DNA of 64,000 bases from Acholeplasmataceae bacterium (GTDB lineage: Bacteria; Bacillota_I; Bacilli_A; Acholeplasmatales; Acholeplasmataceae), in NCBI GenBank assembly GCA_963667565.1, contig OY763415.1, forward strand, positions 1,088,001-1,152,000, in the 5' to 3' direction. Each line of letters opens with the position of its first letter. Position 1 is the first letter of the stretch. Under the pieces are notes generated by a model that saw only the letters and a program-made list of their open reading frames with translations, made no database searches and was not told where the DNA came from. The translations under genes and the position numbers were made by a program. Below are positions 46,238 to 56,182 of the stretch, piece after piece.

Positions 46238-46347
46238 ATTTATGTTTTTGTTTTGTTTGTTATAGCTCTTTTTATTTCTTTGATTCGCTCATCATCATTC
46301 AGTTTTCAAAGACCAATTCCGGCACACTTCATTTCGCGTGCTTTATT

Positions 46348-46469
46348 ATGATACCATCCACATGAGATAAAGTCAACAATAAAACGAAACTTTTTTTCGT
46401 TCTATATTCACTTACAACTGAAGTGGTGGCAACCTTTTATATTCTATCTTATTATTTTATTAAAGTCAA
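46348..46469 (-). promoter_or_regulatory. Tandem rRNA promoters P1/P2
   Basis: TTGACT-17-TAGAAT (46469-46441) and TTGACT-17-TATCAT (46376-46348). Confidence 0.7.
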
Positions 46470-46567
46470 TGTTTTTGTTTATAAAAAAACTACTTTTTTC
46501 AACTTAATGAAAAGTTGTCCAAGCAGTTTTTAAAATATATAATATTTTGTGCGGAAATTTACTCTTT

Positions 46568-48106
46568 TTAGAATCTTAATATATCATTGAATGTTACAAA
46601 TATAATAAATCCAATAAGAACAAAGAACATAATAAGATTTAGTGTGTTCTCAAATTTTTTATTGACTGGTTTACCTGTAAGTGCCTCGAAACCTAAAAAT
46701 ACTAATCTTCCTCCATCTAATGCAGGAATAGGCATTAAATTAAGTAAACCAATATTGATACTTAAAAAACCAATAAATACGACTAATGATACAAATCCAT
46801 TTTCTCTCACATTACTTACTAATTGGAAAATACCAACTGGACCAGATAAATCAGATACACCTATACTGGAATCCCCAGCTCCAAAAAGTAAACCTATCGT
46901 TGTAAATATTTCAGATACATTTGCTGAAAATTGTCTTGGCGCATATAATAGCGAATAACCAAAATCAAAAGTACCTGATGCAGAGACACCAATTTGGAAA
47001 ACAACATTAGTTGTACCAAGTGCCATTAAATCACTTTCTGAAATCAAATCATAGGTTGCAGTATCCAAGACGCCATCTCTTTCATAAGTCACGACTACTT
47101 GTCCACCTGTTGTATATGTTTTAAAGAAAGAAATAATATCGTCCCAGCTTGAAACATTTGTTTGATCTATTTTAGTAATTAAGTCTCCACTTTGAAGTCC
47201 TGCGACACTTGCTCTACCGCTACTAGATCCAATCACTGCTAAATCTGTTGAACGATCGTTTGAAATACCTGCACTTTGAACAAAGACTGTTGTATTAACA
47301 TCTTGATATGATGTTAATGTTCCATCCCTATCAATCGTGATATCAATCATTGTTGAGTCATTTGCAGACATTACAGATGATAAATCATACCAGGAACCAA
47401 TACTAGTTCCATTAATAGCAACAATTAAATCTCCTGGTTGTAGTAATAACTCTGATGCTAATGTATCATTAGCGACATCCCCAATTTGATTAGAATCATA
47501 ATTAGGTTGTTGTATAAAGAAGCCAATCACAAAGAAAAGTACAAATGCTAATATGAAGTTCATGAGTGGTCCACCAAAAATAGTGATGAATCTTTGCCAT
47601 AACGATTTGGCTTCAAAACTTCTTTCTTCTGGAGTGACCCACATGGTTTTATTCTGTTTTAATCGATAAATAGCATTTCGATATACTTCAAAACGTTCAA
47701 CACCAGATTGTGTTTCTATTTCTATATATAAAGGAGACATGTTTTTTCCATACATATCAAAGGATTTTACAACACCAATCACATCATAAGTGCCACCTTC
47801 ATACAAAACGATTTCTTTAACCTTTTTGTTTTCATCTAAAATGAGTCCAATGGTTTCACCTTTTCTAAACATGGCATCGCTAACACTTTCACCTGCCATA
47901 GAAACATACCCACCAATAGGAATTGCTCTAATCGAATATTGAGTTTCACCATCTGATTTTTGATAAATCACTGGTCCCATACCAATCGCGAATTCATGGC
48001 ATAAAATGCCTGCTTTTTTAGCAAAATAAAAATGTCCGCCTTCATGAATTAATATGATAATTCCAAGGACAAATATAAATACAAGGACGTTGATTAATAA
48101 TGTCAT
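46568..48106 (-). CDS. rseP: RIP metalloprotease RseP with two PDZ domains
   Basis: HEGGH and NLMPIPALDGG motifs. Confidence 0.93.
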   Translation of the reverse strand: MTLLINVLVFIFVLGIIILIHEGGHFYFAKKAGILCHEFAIGMGPVIYQKSDGETQYSIRAIPIGGYVSMAGESVSDAMFRKGETIGLILDENKKVKEIVLYEGGTYDVIGVVKSFDMYGKNMSPLYIEIETQSGVERFEVYRNAIYRLKQNKTMWVTPEERSFEAKSLWQRFITIFGGPLMNFILAFVLFFVIGFFIQQPNYDSNQIGDVANDTLASELLLQPGDLIVAINGTSIGSWYDLSSVMSANDSTMIDITIDRDGTLTSYQDVNTTVFVQSAGISNDRSTDLAVIGSSSGRASVAGLQSGDLITKIDQTNVSSWDDIISFFKTYTTGGQVVVTYERDGVLDTATYDLISESDLMALGTTNVVFQIGVSASGTFDFGYSLLYAPRQFSANVSEIFTTIGLLFGAGDSSIGVSDLSGPVGIFQLVSNVRENGFVSLVVFIGFLSINIGLLNLMPIPALDGGRLVFLGFEALTGKPVNKKFENTLNLIMFFVLIGFIIFVTFNDILRF

Positions 48107-48109
48107 AAT

Positions 48110-49246
48110 TTACCTCTTTTCATAAAAATCCAAAATTTGCTCTTGAATTTCTTTGTCTGTACTAATTATTTGATCTAGTGTAGGTTCTAAAATGTTTTTA
48201 AATTGTCTTACAGTTCTAGTCACTATTTCTTCAATACCTAAAAATGTAATCTTATGGTCTAAAAACAATTTTACAGCTGCTTCATTGGCTGCATTCATTA
48301 CTGTAGGTAATAATCCGCCTTTTTGACCAACTTCATATGCGAGTTCTAGTAGTGGGAATCTTTCGAAATCCATGGGTTTAAAATGCATATTCGTTAGTTC
48401 AAGTGGAGCATCAAATTCAATTCTCTTTGGATAATTGAGTGCATATCCAATCGGGATACGCATGTCATTTAATCCTAGACTTGCTTTAATGGTTCCATCT
48501 TTAAAATAAGTTAACCCATGAACGATACTTTCGTCATGTAAAATAGTTTCAATTTGCTCATATGGCAAATGAAATAAGTGATGCGCTTCAATGATTTCTA
48601 ATCCTTTATTCATCATTGTTGCACTATCTATAGTGACTTTAGGTCCCATATGCCAATTAGGGTGATTTAAAGCGTCTTCAACACTGACTTCAATCAATTG
48701 ATCTCTATTTAAATTTCTAAATGATCCACCAGATGCTGTAATCACTATTTTTTTAATATCTTCTAATCTTTCATGATCAATGGTCTGCCATATAGCAGCA
48801 TGTTCACTATCTAAAGGTAAAATATGAACACCATAATCTTTTGCATATTGATTAACAATATCACCAGCCATAACTAGTGTTTCTTTATTGGCAAGTGCAA
48901 TATCTTTTTTTTGTTTAATTGCTTCTATGGTTGGTGCTAAACCTGCAGATCCAGATAGCGCATTAACTAAAATACCAGGCTTAGGGTATTTAGCAATTTT
49001 TAATAATCCTTCATCGCCAATTACAAATGTTGTATTAGGATATTTTTTTTGATAATATGCTTTTTTAGCCTCACTTCTAAGTGAAGCAATTTCTACATCA
49101 AATTCTGTTAATATTTTATCGTTTTTTTGATCGTTAGATCCAAGTGAAATCCCAATCAATTTAAACGTATCTTTTTGTTTGGATAAAATATCAAGTGTTT
49201 GCAGTCCAATTGAACCTGCAGCACCTAATATATATATATTTTTCAT
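48110..49246 (-). CDS. dxr: 1-deoxy-D-xylulose-5-phosphate reductoisomerase
   Basis: GAAGSIG, LANKE, DSEH, HPNWHMG and DSATMMNKGLE motifs. Confidence 0.96.
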   Translation of the reverse strand: MKNIYILGAAGSIGLQTLDILSKQKDTFKLIGISLGSNDQKNDKILTEFDVEIASLRSEAKKAYYQKKYPNTTFVIGDEGLLKIAKYPKPGILVNALSGSAGLAPTIEAIKQKKDIALANKETLVMAGDIVNQYAKDYGVHILPLDSEHAAIWQTIDHERLEDIKKIVITASGGSFRNLNRDQLIEVSVEDALNHPNWHMGPKVTIDSATMMNKGLEIIEAHHLFHLPYEQIETILHDESIVHGLTYFKDGTIKASLGLNDMRIPIGYALNYPKRIEFDAPLELTNMHFKPMDFERFPLLELAYEVGQKGGLLPTVMNAANEAAVKLFLDHKITFLGIEEIVTRTVRQFKNILEPTLDQIISTDKEIQEQILDFYEKR

Positions 49247-49255
49247 AAAATCCCC

Positions 49256-50209
49256 CTAAATAACGACTGGAGCTAATTCGTATAGTACTAAGAAAATAGA
49301 TGTTAATAACATTGCAACAAATAGTGTTGAATCAAATCTGTCTAAAATACCACCATGACCAGGTAATATTCTACCAAAATCTTTAATGCCATATGTACGT
49401 TTTAATCTTGATGCTACTAAGTCCCCAATTTGACCAAAGATGCTACCTAAAAATGTAAGTGGTACAATGATGAGTGCTTGTATCCAAATAGATAAATCAC
49501 CAATCGCTGTGAAATTTTGTAAAAGCGTGATGTATCCTTCGCTATTGAAAAAGTCTCCAAAAGGCGTTCCTGCAACAAATACGCGACCATAAAATAAAGC
49601 ATAAAGCGATCCTATAATGGTTGCGATGACTGTTCCAGCAATCGCACCTTCCCATGATTTTTTAGGACTGATATGTGGAACCATTTTATGTTTTCCATAT
49701 TTCATACCAAAAAGATATGCAAATACATCAGTCACCATGGTGATTAAAAATAAATAAATGATAAATCTAATCCCTAAAAATCTTAAAATGACTATTGATG
49801 ATGATCCAAGTCCAAGATAAAAGATAATGGTTAATGCTTTTCCGACATCAATCCCATTGAAATCTTTGAAAAACACTAAGAAACTAAATAGAATCAATGT
49901 AATCATTGGTATCGTTATTCTTAACACATCATTAATCGCAAGTGGCGTTTGAACAAGTGATGTACTTAACCCACTCATGGATAAAAATGTCGCAAGCGTC
50001 AGTAATGTAATGCCAATTTTTGGAAGTTTACCAAATTTTTTATTGGTTTCATACATTCTAATCATTTCTTGTGATCCAGTGAACACAAATAAAACCATAA
50101 AGACAATAAATGAATAATAGAATGCTTGAGTGTTTGTGTTAAATGGTACAAAAAACACAGGAGCTAAGATTAAAATTAAGAAAAAACTAGTGATAATTCT
50201 TTTTTTCAT
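49256..50209 (-). CDS. cdsA: Phosphatidate cytidylyltransferase
   Basis: SPKKSWEG and KDFG..LPGHGGILDRFD motifs. Confidence 0.95.
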   Translation of the reverse strand: MKKRIITSFFLILILAPVFFVPFNTNTQAFYYSFIVFMVLFVFTGSQEMIRMYETNKKFGKLPKIGITLLTLATFLSMSGLSTSLVQTPLAINDVLRITIPMITLILFSFLVFFKDFNGIDVGKALTIIFYLGLGSSSIVILRFLGIRFIIYLFLITMVTDVFAYLFGMKYGKHKMVPHISPKKSWEGAIAGTVIATIIGSLYALFYGRVFVAGTPFGDFFNSEGYITLLQNFTAIGDLSIWIQALIIVPLTFLGSIFGQIGDLVASRLKRTYGIKDFGRILPGHGGILDRFDSTLFVAMLLTSIFLVLYELAPVVI

Positions 50210-50880
50210 TTAAGTCCTCCAAATCTACGGTTACGTTTTTGATAACTGTAGAGTGCTTTTTCAAATTGTCGTTTATTAAATGATGGCCAATGTACTTTTG
50301 CAAAGTAAAATTCAGCGTACGCAATTTGCCATAATAAGAAATTGGAAATACGTTGTTCCCCACTTGTTCTTATCAATAAATCAACAGGTTCTTTTACCAT
50401 TAAATGAGATTCTAATGATGCTTGAGTAACTGGTTTTTCACTTTGATTGATTGCATTTAAAATCTCATCATATGATCCATAATCAAGACATATATTTAAA
50501 GTAAGTCCAGGGTTGTCTTTGGTTTTTAATGTAATATCTTCAATGACATTAAGTAATGATTGTGGCAATCTATCTTTTCTACCAGAAACTTCAATCTTAA
50601 ACTTAAGTTCACTGATACGATCAATATTTTTTTGATAATATTCAACAGGAAAACTCATCAAATAGTCAACTTCATCTTTAGGTCGTTTCCAGTTTTCCGT
50701 ACTAAATGCATAAACACTAAGCTTTTCAATGCCAAAATCATTCGCTATATTTGCGATTTTGAATAAGTTTCTACCACCCATATAATGACCAAATGATCTT
50801 GGTTGTTTTCTTTTTTTTGCCCATCTACCATTGCCATCTAAAATGATTGCAACATGTTTAGGAATGTTTGTTATTTTCAC
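50206..50880 (-). CDS. uppS: Isoprenyl (undecaprenyl-type) diphosphate synthase
   Basis: DGNGRWA, FSTENW and RTSGEQRISNF motifs. Confidence 0.95.
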   Translation of the reverse strand: MKITNIPKHVAIILDGNGRWAKKRKQPRSFGHYMGGRNLFKIANIANDFGIEKLSVYAFSTENWKRPKDEVDYLMSFPVEYYQKNIDRISELKFKIEVSGRKDRLPQSLLNVIEDITLKTKDNPGLTLNICLDYGSYDEILNAINQSEKPVTQASLESHLMVKEPVDLLIRTSGEQRISNFLLWQIAYAEFYFAKVHWPSFNKRQFEKALYSYQKRNRRFGGLK

Positions 50881-50979
50881 TATTAATCACCTTATCTTAT
50901 TATAACCTATTTATAATAAGATTAAAAATATTTTAATAATTTCACTTATTTCATAAAAAAAAAGGCATCGCTGCCTTTT

Positions 50980-51534
50980 CTACATTTTTAATAATTCGTT
51001 GCCTTTTTCCTTGATTTCTTCATCAATTTTTTTAACATATTTATTTGTTAATTCTTGAACATCATCAAGATATCCTTTTTCATCATCTTCGGGTAAGCCC
51101 AATTTCTTAACATGGTCATTTCCATGATGACGGATATTTCTAATACCAACTTTAGCTTGTTCACCTATTTTATCAACTTCTTTAACCAATTGTCTACGTC
51201 TTTCTTCTGTAGGTTGAGGTAGGATTAAGCGGATACCATTACCATCATTAAGTGGATTTAATCCAAGATCAGATGCGTAAATTGCGGTTTCAATTTGTTT
51301 TAAAATGGATTTATCGTATGGCTTAATATATAATTGATTACCTTCAACGACAGATACAGATGATATCTGTTTAATTGGTGATGGTGCACCATAATAATCA
51401 ACATTTACATGATCAAGTAATGATGGATTTGCACGACCAGTTCTCACTGCTGCAAATTCTCTAACCAATGCCTCAATCGTTTTTTCCATATTTTCTTCAA
51501 TTTCCATTAATAGCATATCAGCTTGTTCATTCAT
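50980..51534 (-). CDS. frr: Ribosome recycling factor
   Basis: RTGRANP and TEERR motifs. Confidence 0.96.
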   Translation of the reverse strand: MNEQADMLLMEIEENMEKTIEALVREFAAVRTGRANPSLLDHVNVDYYGAPSPIKQISSVSVVEGNQLYIKPYDKSILKQIETAIYASDLGLNPLNDGNGIRLILPQPTEERRRQLVKEVDKIGEQAKVGIRNIRHHGNDHVKKLGLPEDDEKGYLDDVQELTNKYVKKIDEEIKEKGNELLKM

Positions 51535-51537
51535 GTT

Positions 51538-52251
51538 TTATTCCTCCCATGTAACAACTGTGCCAATAGGTTCTTCTAATACAGCTCTCTTAATATTTCC
51601 AGATGTATTCATATTGAACACAATCATATTAATTTTATTTTCTGTACAAATAGATGCAGCAGTTTGATCCATGACTTGTAAATTTTGTTTTAATACTTCT
51701 TTTTGTGAAATTGTTTCAAATTTAACAGCATCATCAAATTTTCTTGGGTCTTTATCATAAACACCTTCGACACCATTTTTAGCCATTAAAATAATTTCAC
51801 AATTGAGTTCTGCAGCACGTAGTGCAGCTGCAGTATCTGTTGAGAAAAATGGAGATCCCGTTCCTCCTGAGAAAATGAGAACTCTGCCTTTCTCAAAATG
51901 TCTTAATGCTCTTCTTCTAATATAGGGTTCAGCTACAGCACTTACAGGTAACACTGTCATAACTCTTGATGGTACATCAATAGATTCTAATGCATCTTGC
52001 AAAGCAAGACCATTCATGATGGTACCAAGCATGCCCATGTAATCAGCTTGTGCTCTATCCATACCAAGTTCTTCACCAATTTTTCCACGCCATAAGTTAC
52101 CAGCACCGACAACGATGCCAACTTCGACCCCTAATTGTTGTAATTCCTTGATTTCAGTGGCAATTTTTTTCACAGTAATTGGATGAATACCATAAGACCC
52201 ATCACCTTTTAAAGCTTCTCCACTCAATTTTAAAATGACTCTTTTATACAT
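51538..52251 (-). CDS. pyrH: UMP kinase
   Basis: LKLSGEAL, DYMGMLGT and FSTDTAA motifs. Confidence 0.96.
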   Translation of the reverse strand: MYKRVILKLSGEALKGDGSYGIHPITVKKIATEIKELQQLGVEVGIVVGAGNLWRGKIGEELGMDRAQADYMGMLGTIMNGLALQDALESIDVPSRVMTVLPVSAVAEPYIRRRALRHFEKGRVLIFSGGTGSPFFSTDTAAALRAAELNCEIILMAKNGVEGVYDKDPRKFDDAVKFETISQKEVLKQNLQVMDQTAASICTENKINMIVFNMNTSGNIKRAVLEEPIGTVVTWEE

Positions 52252-52280
52252 TGACTGCCACTCCCTTTATATTGATTTAT

Positions 52281-53156
52281 TTATTTGCGAACTTGTGCTG
52301 CAACTTCTGCTGCAAAATCTTCTTCTTTCTTCTCAATACCTTCGCCTACTTCTAAGCGTGTAAATGATAAGACTTTATTGTTTTTAGATTTTAAGTATTG
52401 TGCAACTGTTTGATCTGGATCTTTAACAAATGGTTGATCCACTAAACATACATCTTGTAAGAATTTATTTAAACGTCCAACAACCATTTTTTCAACGATG
52501 TTTGCTGGTTTACCTTCTTCTAATGCTTGTTGAGTTAATACATGTTTTTCATGATCTAATGTTTGTTGATCAACTTGTGAGCGATCTAAATATTGTGGTC
52601 TATTTGCAGCAACATGCATTGCAACATCTTTCGCAACTTCTTGATCTTCTGTTTCAACAACTGTTAATACTGCAATTCTACCACCCATGTGTAGATATGC
52701 ACCAAAACCTTGTTGTTCTTCTTTAACCACTCTTGAAACTCTACGTAAAGAAATTTTTTCTCCAATTGTAGCAGTTGCATCAATAAGCATTTTTTCAACA
52801 GTCACACCATTAAGTTCTGCTTTAAATGCTTCTTCAGTGTTCGTTGCACCTGATGCACTAATTGTTTGACCTACTGTGTTTAATAAATCTAAGAATTGTT
52901 GGTTTTTTGCAACAAAGTCAGTTTCTGAATTGACTTCGAAAATAACTGCTTCATTTCCATCAACGACGATATTACACAAACCTTCAGCTGCAATTCTATC
53001 AGCTTTCTTAGCAGCTTTTGAAATACCTTTTTCTCTTAGGTAGTCAATCGCTTTATCAATATCAGCACCAGATTCTTCTAAAGCTTTTTTGCAATCTAAC
53101 ATTCCAGCGCCAGTTTTTTCTCTTAATTGTTTGATTAATTGTACTGTTACTTCCAT
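52281..53156 (-). CDS. tsf: Elongation factor Ts
   Basis: LREKTGAGMLDCKKAL and NSETDFVA motifs. Confidence 0.97.
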   Translation of the reverse strand: MEVTVQLIKQLREKTGAGMLDCKKALEESGADIDKAIDYLREKGISKAAKKADRIAAEGLCNIVVDGNEAVIFEVNSETDFVAKNQQFLDLLNTVGQTISASGATNTEEAFKAELNGVTVEKMLIDATATIGEKISLRRVSRVVKEEQQGFGAYLHMGGRIAVLTVVETEDQEVAKDVAMHVAANRPQYLDRSQVDQQTLDHEKHVLTQQALEEGKPANIVEKMVVGRLNKFLQDVCLVDQPFVKDPDQTVAQYLKSKNNKVLSFTRLEVGEGIEKKEEDFAAEVAAQVRK

Positions 53157-53221
53157 TTTATTTTTCCTCCATCAACGGGTTTTATTTGTAAAAAATAAGG
53201 GGACATAATCCCCTTATTGCA

Positions 53222-54148
53222 TTATTTTAGTACATCAATAAGTTCTGCTTTTTTAAGGGTTGAATATCCTGATATTCCACGATCTTTAGCAATAGCCTTT
53301 AATTCTGAAACTGTCATGTTATCAAAATCTAAAGCTTCATCTGCAACTTCTACTGATTCTTTTTTTTCTTCAACTTCAACTTGTTCTTCAACAACTGGTT
53401 TTTTGTATTCTTTTGGAGCTCTAGGTGTTACTTGAGCAGCAACTTCGTCATCGATTTTTTCAACAACGCCACCTTGACCTTCAATAACAGCATTACCCAT
53501 AACTGAAGCGATTAATTTAACTGCACGGATTGCATCATCATTTGCTGGGATAATGTAATCAACATCATCTGGATCACAGTTAGTATCAACGATACCAAAT
53601 ACTGCTATACCTAATTTACGTGCTTCTAAAATTGCATTTCTTTCTTTACGTGGATCAACGATGAAGATCGCTTCTGGAACTTTCTTCATGTCTTTAATAC
53701 CACCTAAGAATTTTTCAAGACGTGCTCTTTCATTTTTTAATTGAAGCACTTCTTTCTTAGGTAATTTTTCAAATGTTCCATCTTCTTCTAATTTGTATAA
53801 ATCATGTAATCTCTTGATTCTACGACGGATTGTCTTGAAGTTTGTTAATGTTCCACCTAACCATCTTTGATCAACATAGAATTGACCTGTACGGATAGCT
53901 TCTTCTTTAACAGCTTCTTGAGCTTGTTTTTTAGTACCGATAAATAAGAGTTTACCGCCATCTTTAATGATTTCTAATAAAGCTGCATATGCTTTTTCGA
54001 TTTCTTCAGCTGTTTTCTTTAAATCGATAATGTAGATGCCATTTCTAGATGTGAAAATGTAAGGTGCCATTTTAGGATTCCAACGACGTGTTGCATGACC
54101 GAAGTGCACACCAGACTCTAATAATTGTTTCATTGAAACGACTGCCAT
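53222..54148 (-). CDS. rpsB: 30S ribosomal protein S2 with a C-terminal Rho_N/HeH-like extension
   Basis: GVHFGH and RWLGGTLTN; tail [30 protein letters not shown]. Confidence 0.96.
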   Translation of the reverse strand: MAVVSMKQLLESGVHFGHATRRWNPKMAPYIFTSRNGIYIIDLKKTAEEIEKAYAALLEIIKDGGKLLFIGTKKQAQEAVKEEAIRTGQFYVDQRWLGGTLTNFKTIRRRIKRLHDLYKLEEDGTFEKLPKKEVLQLKNERARLEKFLGGIKDMKKVPEAIFIVDPRKERNAILEARKLGIAVFGIVDTNCDPDDVDYIIPANDDAIRAVKLIASVMGNAVIEGQGGVVEKIDDEVAAQVTPRAPKEYKKPVVEEQVEVEEKKESVEVADEALDFDNMTVSELKAIAKDRGISGYSTLKKAELIDVLK

Positions 54149-54167
54149 AAAATTAATTCTCCTTTTT

Positions 54168-54240
54168 GTTTTTACCTCTGCCATAAGATACATATCCACC
54201 ACACGGGCACTTGAACATTTAACTTATTGGCATGTGTATT
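54168..54240 (-). ncRNA. Putative rpsB (S2) autoregulatory leader
   Basis: ACACA-TGCCA...TGGCA-GAGG-TAAAAAC stem-loop directly 5' of rpsB. Confidence 0.55.
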
Positions 54241-54307
54241 TTATTAGCCTTAATAAATATATCATATTTATGGGTTATTTGCAAGTAGAAATGCATCATT
54301 TTTACGA

Positions 54308-54754
54308 TTATTTGTGTCCACTACTTCCAAAACCACCGACTCTTAAGATACCTTCAGTATCATCATCTTCAGTTTTTTTATAAGACATAAATATACCTTG
54401 AGCAACTCTTTCACCTTTTTCAATGGTTGTTGATTGATGACCAAAGTTAAATAATGGGACCATGATATGACCTTCGTTATTTGGATTGTTGTAGTAATCT
54501 GCATCAACAACACCAACACTATTACTCATCATTAGTTGTTTTTTGATACCCAGTGAAGACCTTGGAAACACAAAAAGTGCTTCATCTCCAGGAAGTTCAA
54601 CTTTTAATCCCGTTGGAATCATTTTTATTTCTCCTGGTTGGATAACAATTTCTTCAATGCTTGCTAAATCATAACCAGCACTGTGCTCTGTTTGTCTTTT
54701 AGGGATTTGAACACCTTGTTCTTGATATTTACTAACAACTTCAAATTTTCTCAT
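54308..54754 (-). CDS. dut: dUTPase
   Basis: SAGYD, PRSS, GVVDADY and RVGGFGSSG motifs. Confidence 0.95.
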   Translation of the reverse strand: MRKFEVVSKYQEQGVQIPKRQTEHSAGYDLASIEEIVIQPGEIKMIPTGLKVELPGDEALFVFPRSSLGIKKQLMMSNSVGVVDADYYNNPNNEGHIMVPLFNFGHQSTTIEKGERVAQGIFMSYKKTEDDDTEGILRVGGFGSSGHK

Positions 54755-55277
54755 TGATGATCTCCTTAATTTTATTCAATACTAATATTTCGCGATGAAG
54801 CGTTGTTTTTAGTCCTTCTTTTTGATGATTTGCATCATGGATTGCTACTTGGTTTTTTAAAATCGCTTCTTCGATATTTTTATATGCAAATGAGAGTCCT
54901 TGATATATCTCTCTACCGACATATTGTGGGGTTTCAATTTGATTGATACGACATAAATAATAATATGATTTTTGTACATAAACATCCTTGGTATTATGAA
55001 GTCCATATTTAATTTCTTCAGTATATCCAAATGCATTTAAAATCTCAACTTGATTTGCTCCAAGTTCTTCTTTTAATTCTCTTTCTAAAGCCGTTTTATG
55101 TGCTTCACCATCTTTGATTCCTCCACCTGGAAAAGTGTAATCATTAAATAGTGTTGAATATAATAAACCAACCTCATTATTATCATTTAAAAGAATAGCT
55201 CGTACGGTTTCTCTTAATTTAATATTGGTTTGATATGTAATACCTTCTTCAATGATAGGTTGTCCTAATAAATTCAT
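54741..55277 (-). CDS. Nudix hydrolase
   Basis: PGGGIKDGE....ALERELKEELG. Confidence 0.88.
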   Translation of the reverse strand: MNLLGQPIIEEGITYQTNIKLRETVRAILLNDNNEVGLLYSTLFNDYTFPGGGIKDGEAHKTALERELKEELGANQVEILNAFGYTEEIKYGLHNTKDVYVQKSYYYLCRINQIETPQYVGREIYQGLSFAYKNIEEAILKNQVAIHDANHQKEGLKTTLHREILVLNKIKEIINEKI

Positions 55278-56182
55278 TTTTTAATCATCCTAGGGTGCGT
55301 ATTTTTGTATGTCTCTTTAATTTTCTCTTTTGAAACATGTGTATAGATTTGCGTTGATTTCAAGTGTTCGTGACCTAACAACTCTTGAACCACTCTTAAA
55401 TCTGCACCATGATCAAGTAACGTTGTCGCAAAAGCATGTCTAATCATATGTGGATGGATTTTGTATACATCACCAGAGTTCTCAATGAGTTTTTTTAAAA
55501 CTAATTGTAATCCTCTAACAGTTAAAGTTCCACCTTTGTAGTTAATAAATATATGTGTTGTTGATGTATCGTGACCTTTGGCAAGCAATTTAGGTCTGAT
55601 ATAAGTTAGATAGTGCTTAATTTCATCAACTAAATCTTCATGAAGTGGGACAAATCGATCTTTAGACCCTTTTCCGTGAATCAAGATTTGTGATTGAGCT
55701 AATTGCAAATCTCTTATATCCATATCTACGAGTTCACTTGCTCTAAGCCCACAACTAAATAATAAATCAAGCATCAAGTAATTTCTATATCCTAGTGATG
55801 TTGATTGATCAATAGATTCAAAAAGTCTTTTCAATTCATCATCATGAATGATTACCGGGAGTTTTTTAGGAATTTTAGGAATATCGACTTGCGTGAAAAC
55901 ATTCACATCAATTTCACCTTCATTAATTAAAAAATCATAAAAGGTTCTTAATGCTGATATTTTTCTCGCAATCGTTTTACGACTTAGCCCTATTTGATCC
56001 ATATGAGATAGAAAATGTCTTGCAAGTCTTTCTCTTGTAACATCTAATAAATCTTCTGCAAGTTCTTCATTTTTAATAAAAGATTCAAAATCTTCTATAT
56101 CTTTCATGTAGCTTAAAACAGTATTTGTTGCATAATGTTTTTGATCATTTAAAAAGGACTGGAATCGTTCTTTTATATCCAT
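55274..56182 (-). CDS. xerC: Tyrosine recombinase, XerC-like
   Basis: GLRASE, GKGSKDR, HPHMIRH and LGH...TQIY motifs; follows trmFO. Confidence 0.88.
   Translation of the reverse strand: MDIKERFQSFLNDQKHYATNTVLSYMKDIEDFESFIKNEELAEDLLDVTRERLARHFLSHMDQIGLSRKTIARKISALRTFYDFLINEGEIDVNVFTQVDIPKIPKKLPVIIHDDELKRLFESIDQSTSLGYRNYLMLDLLFSCGLRASELVDMDIRDLQLAQSQILIHGKGSKDRFVPLHEDLVDEIKHYLTYIRPKLLAKGHDTSTTHIFINYKGGTLTVRGLQLVLKKLIENSGDVYKIHPHMIRHAFATTLLDHGADLRVVQELLGHEHLKSTQIYTHVSKEKIKETYKNTHPRMIKK

Noticed and set aside
55274..56182. Tyrosine recombinase as a mobile-element integrase
   Set aside because: Its size and trmFO-xerC synteny indicate housekeeping XerC; no att sites or cargo are nearby.
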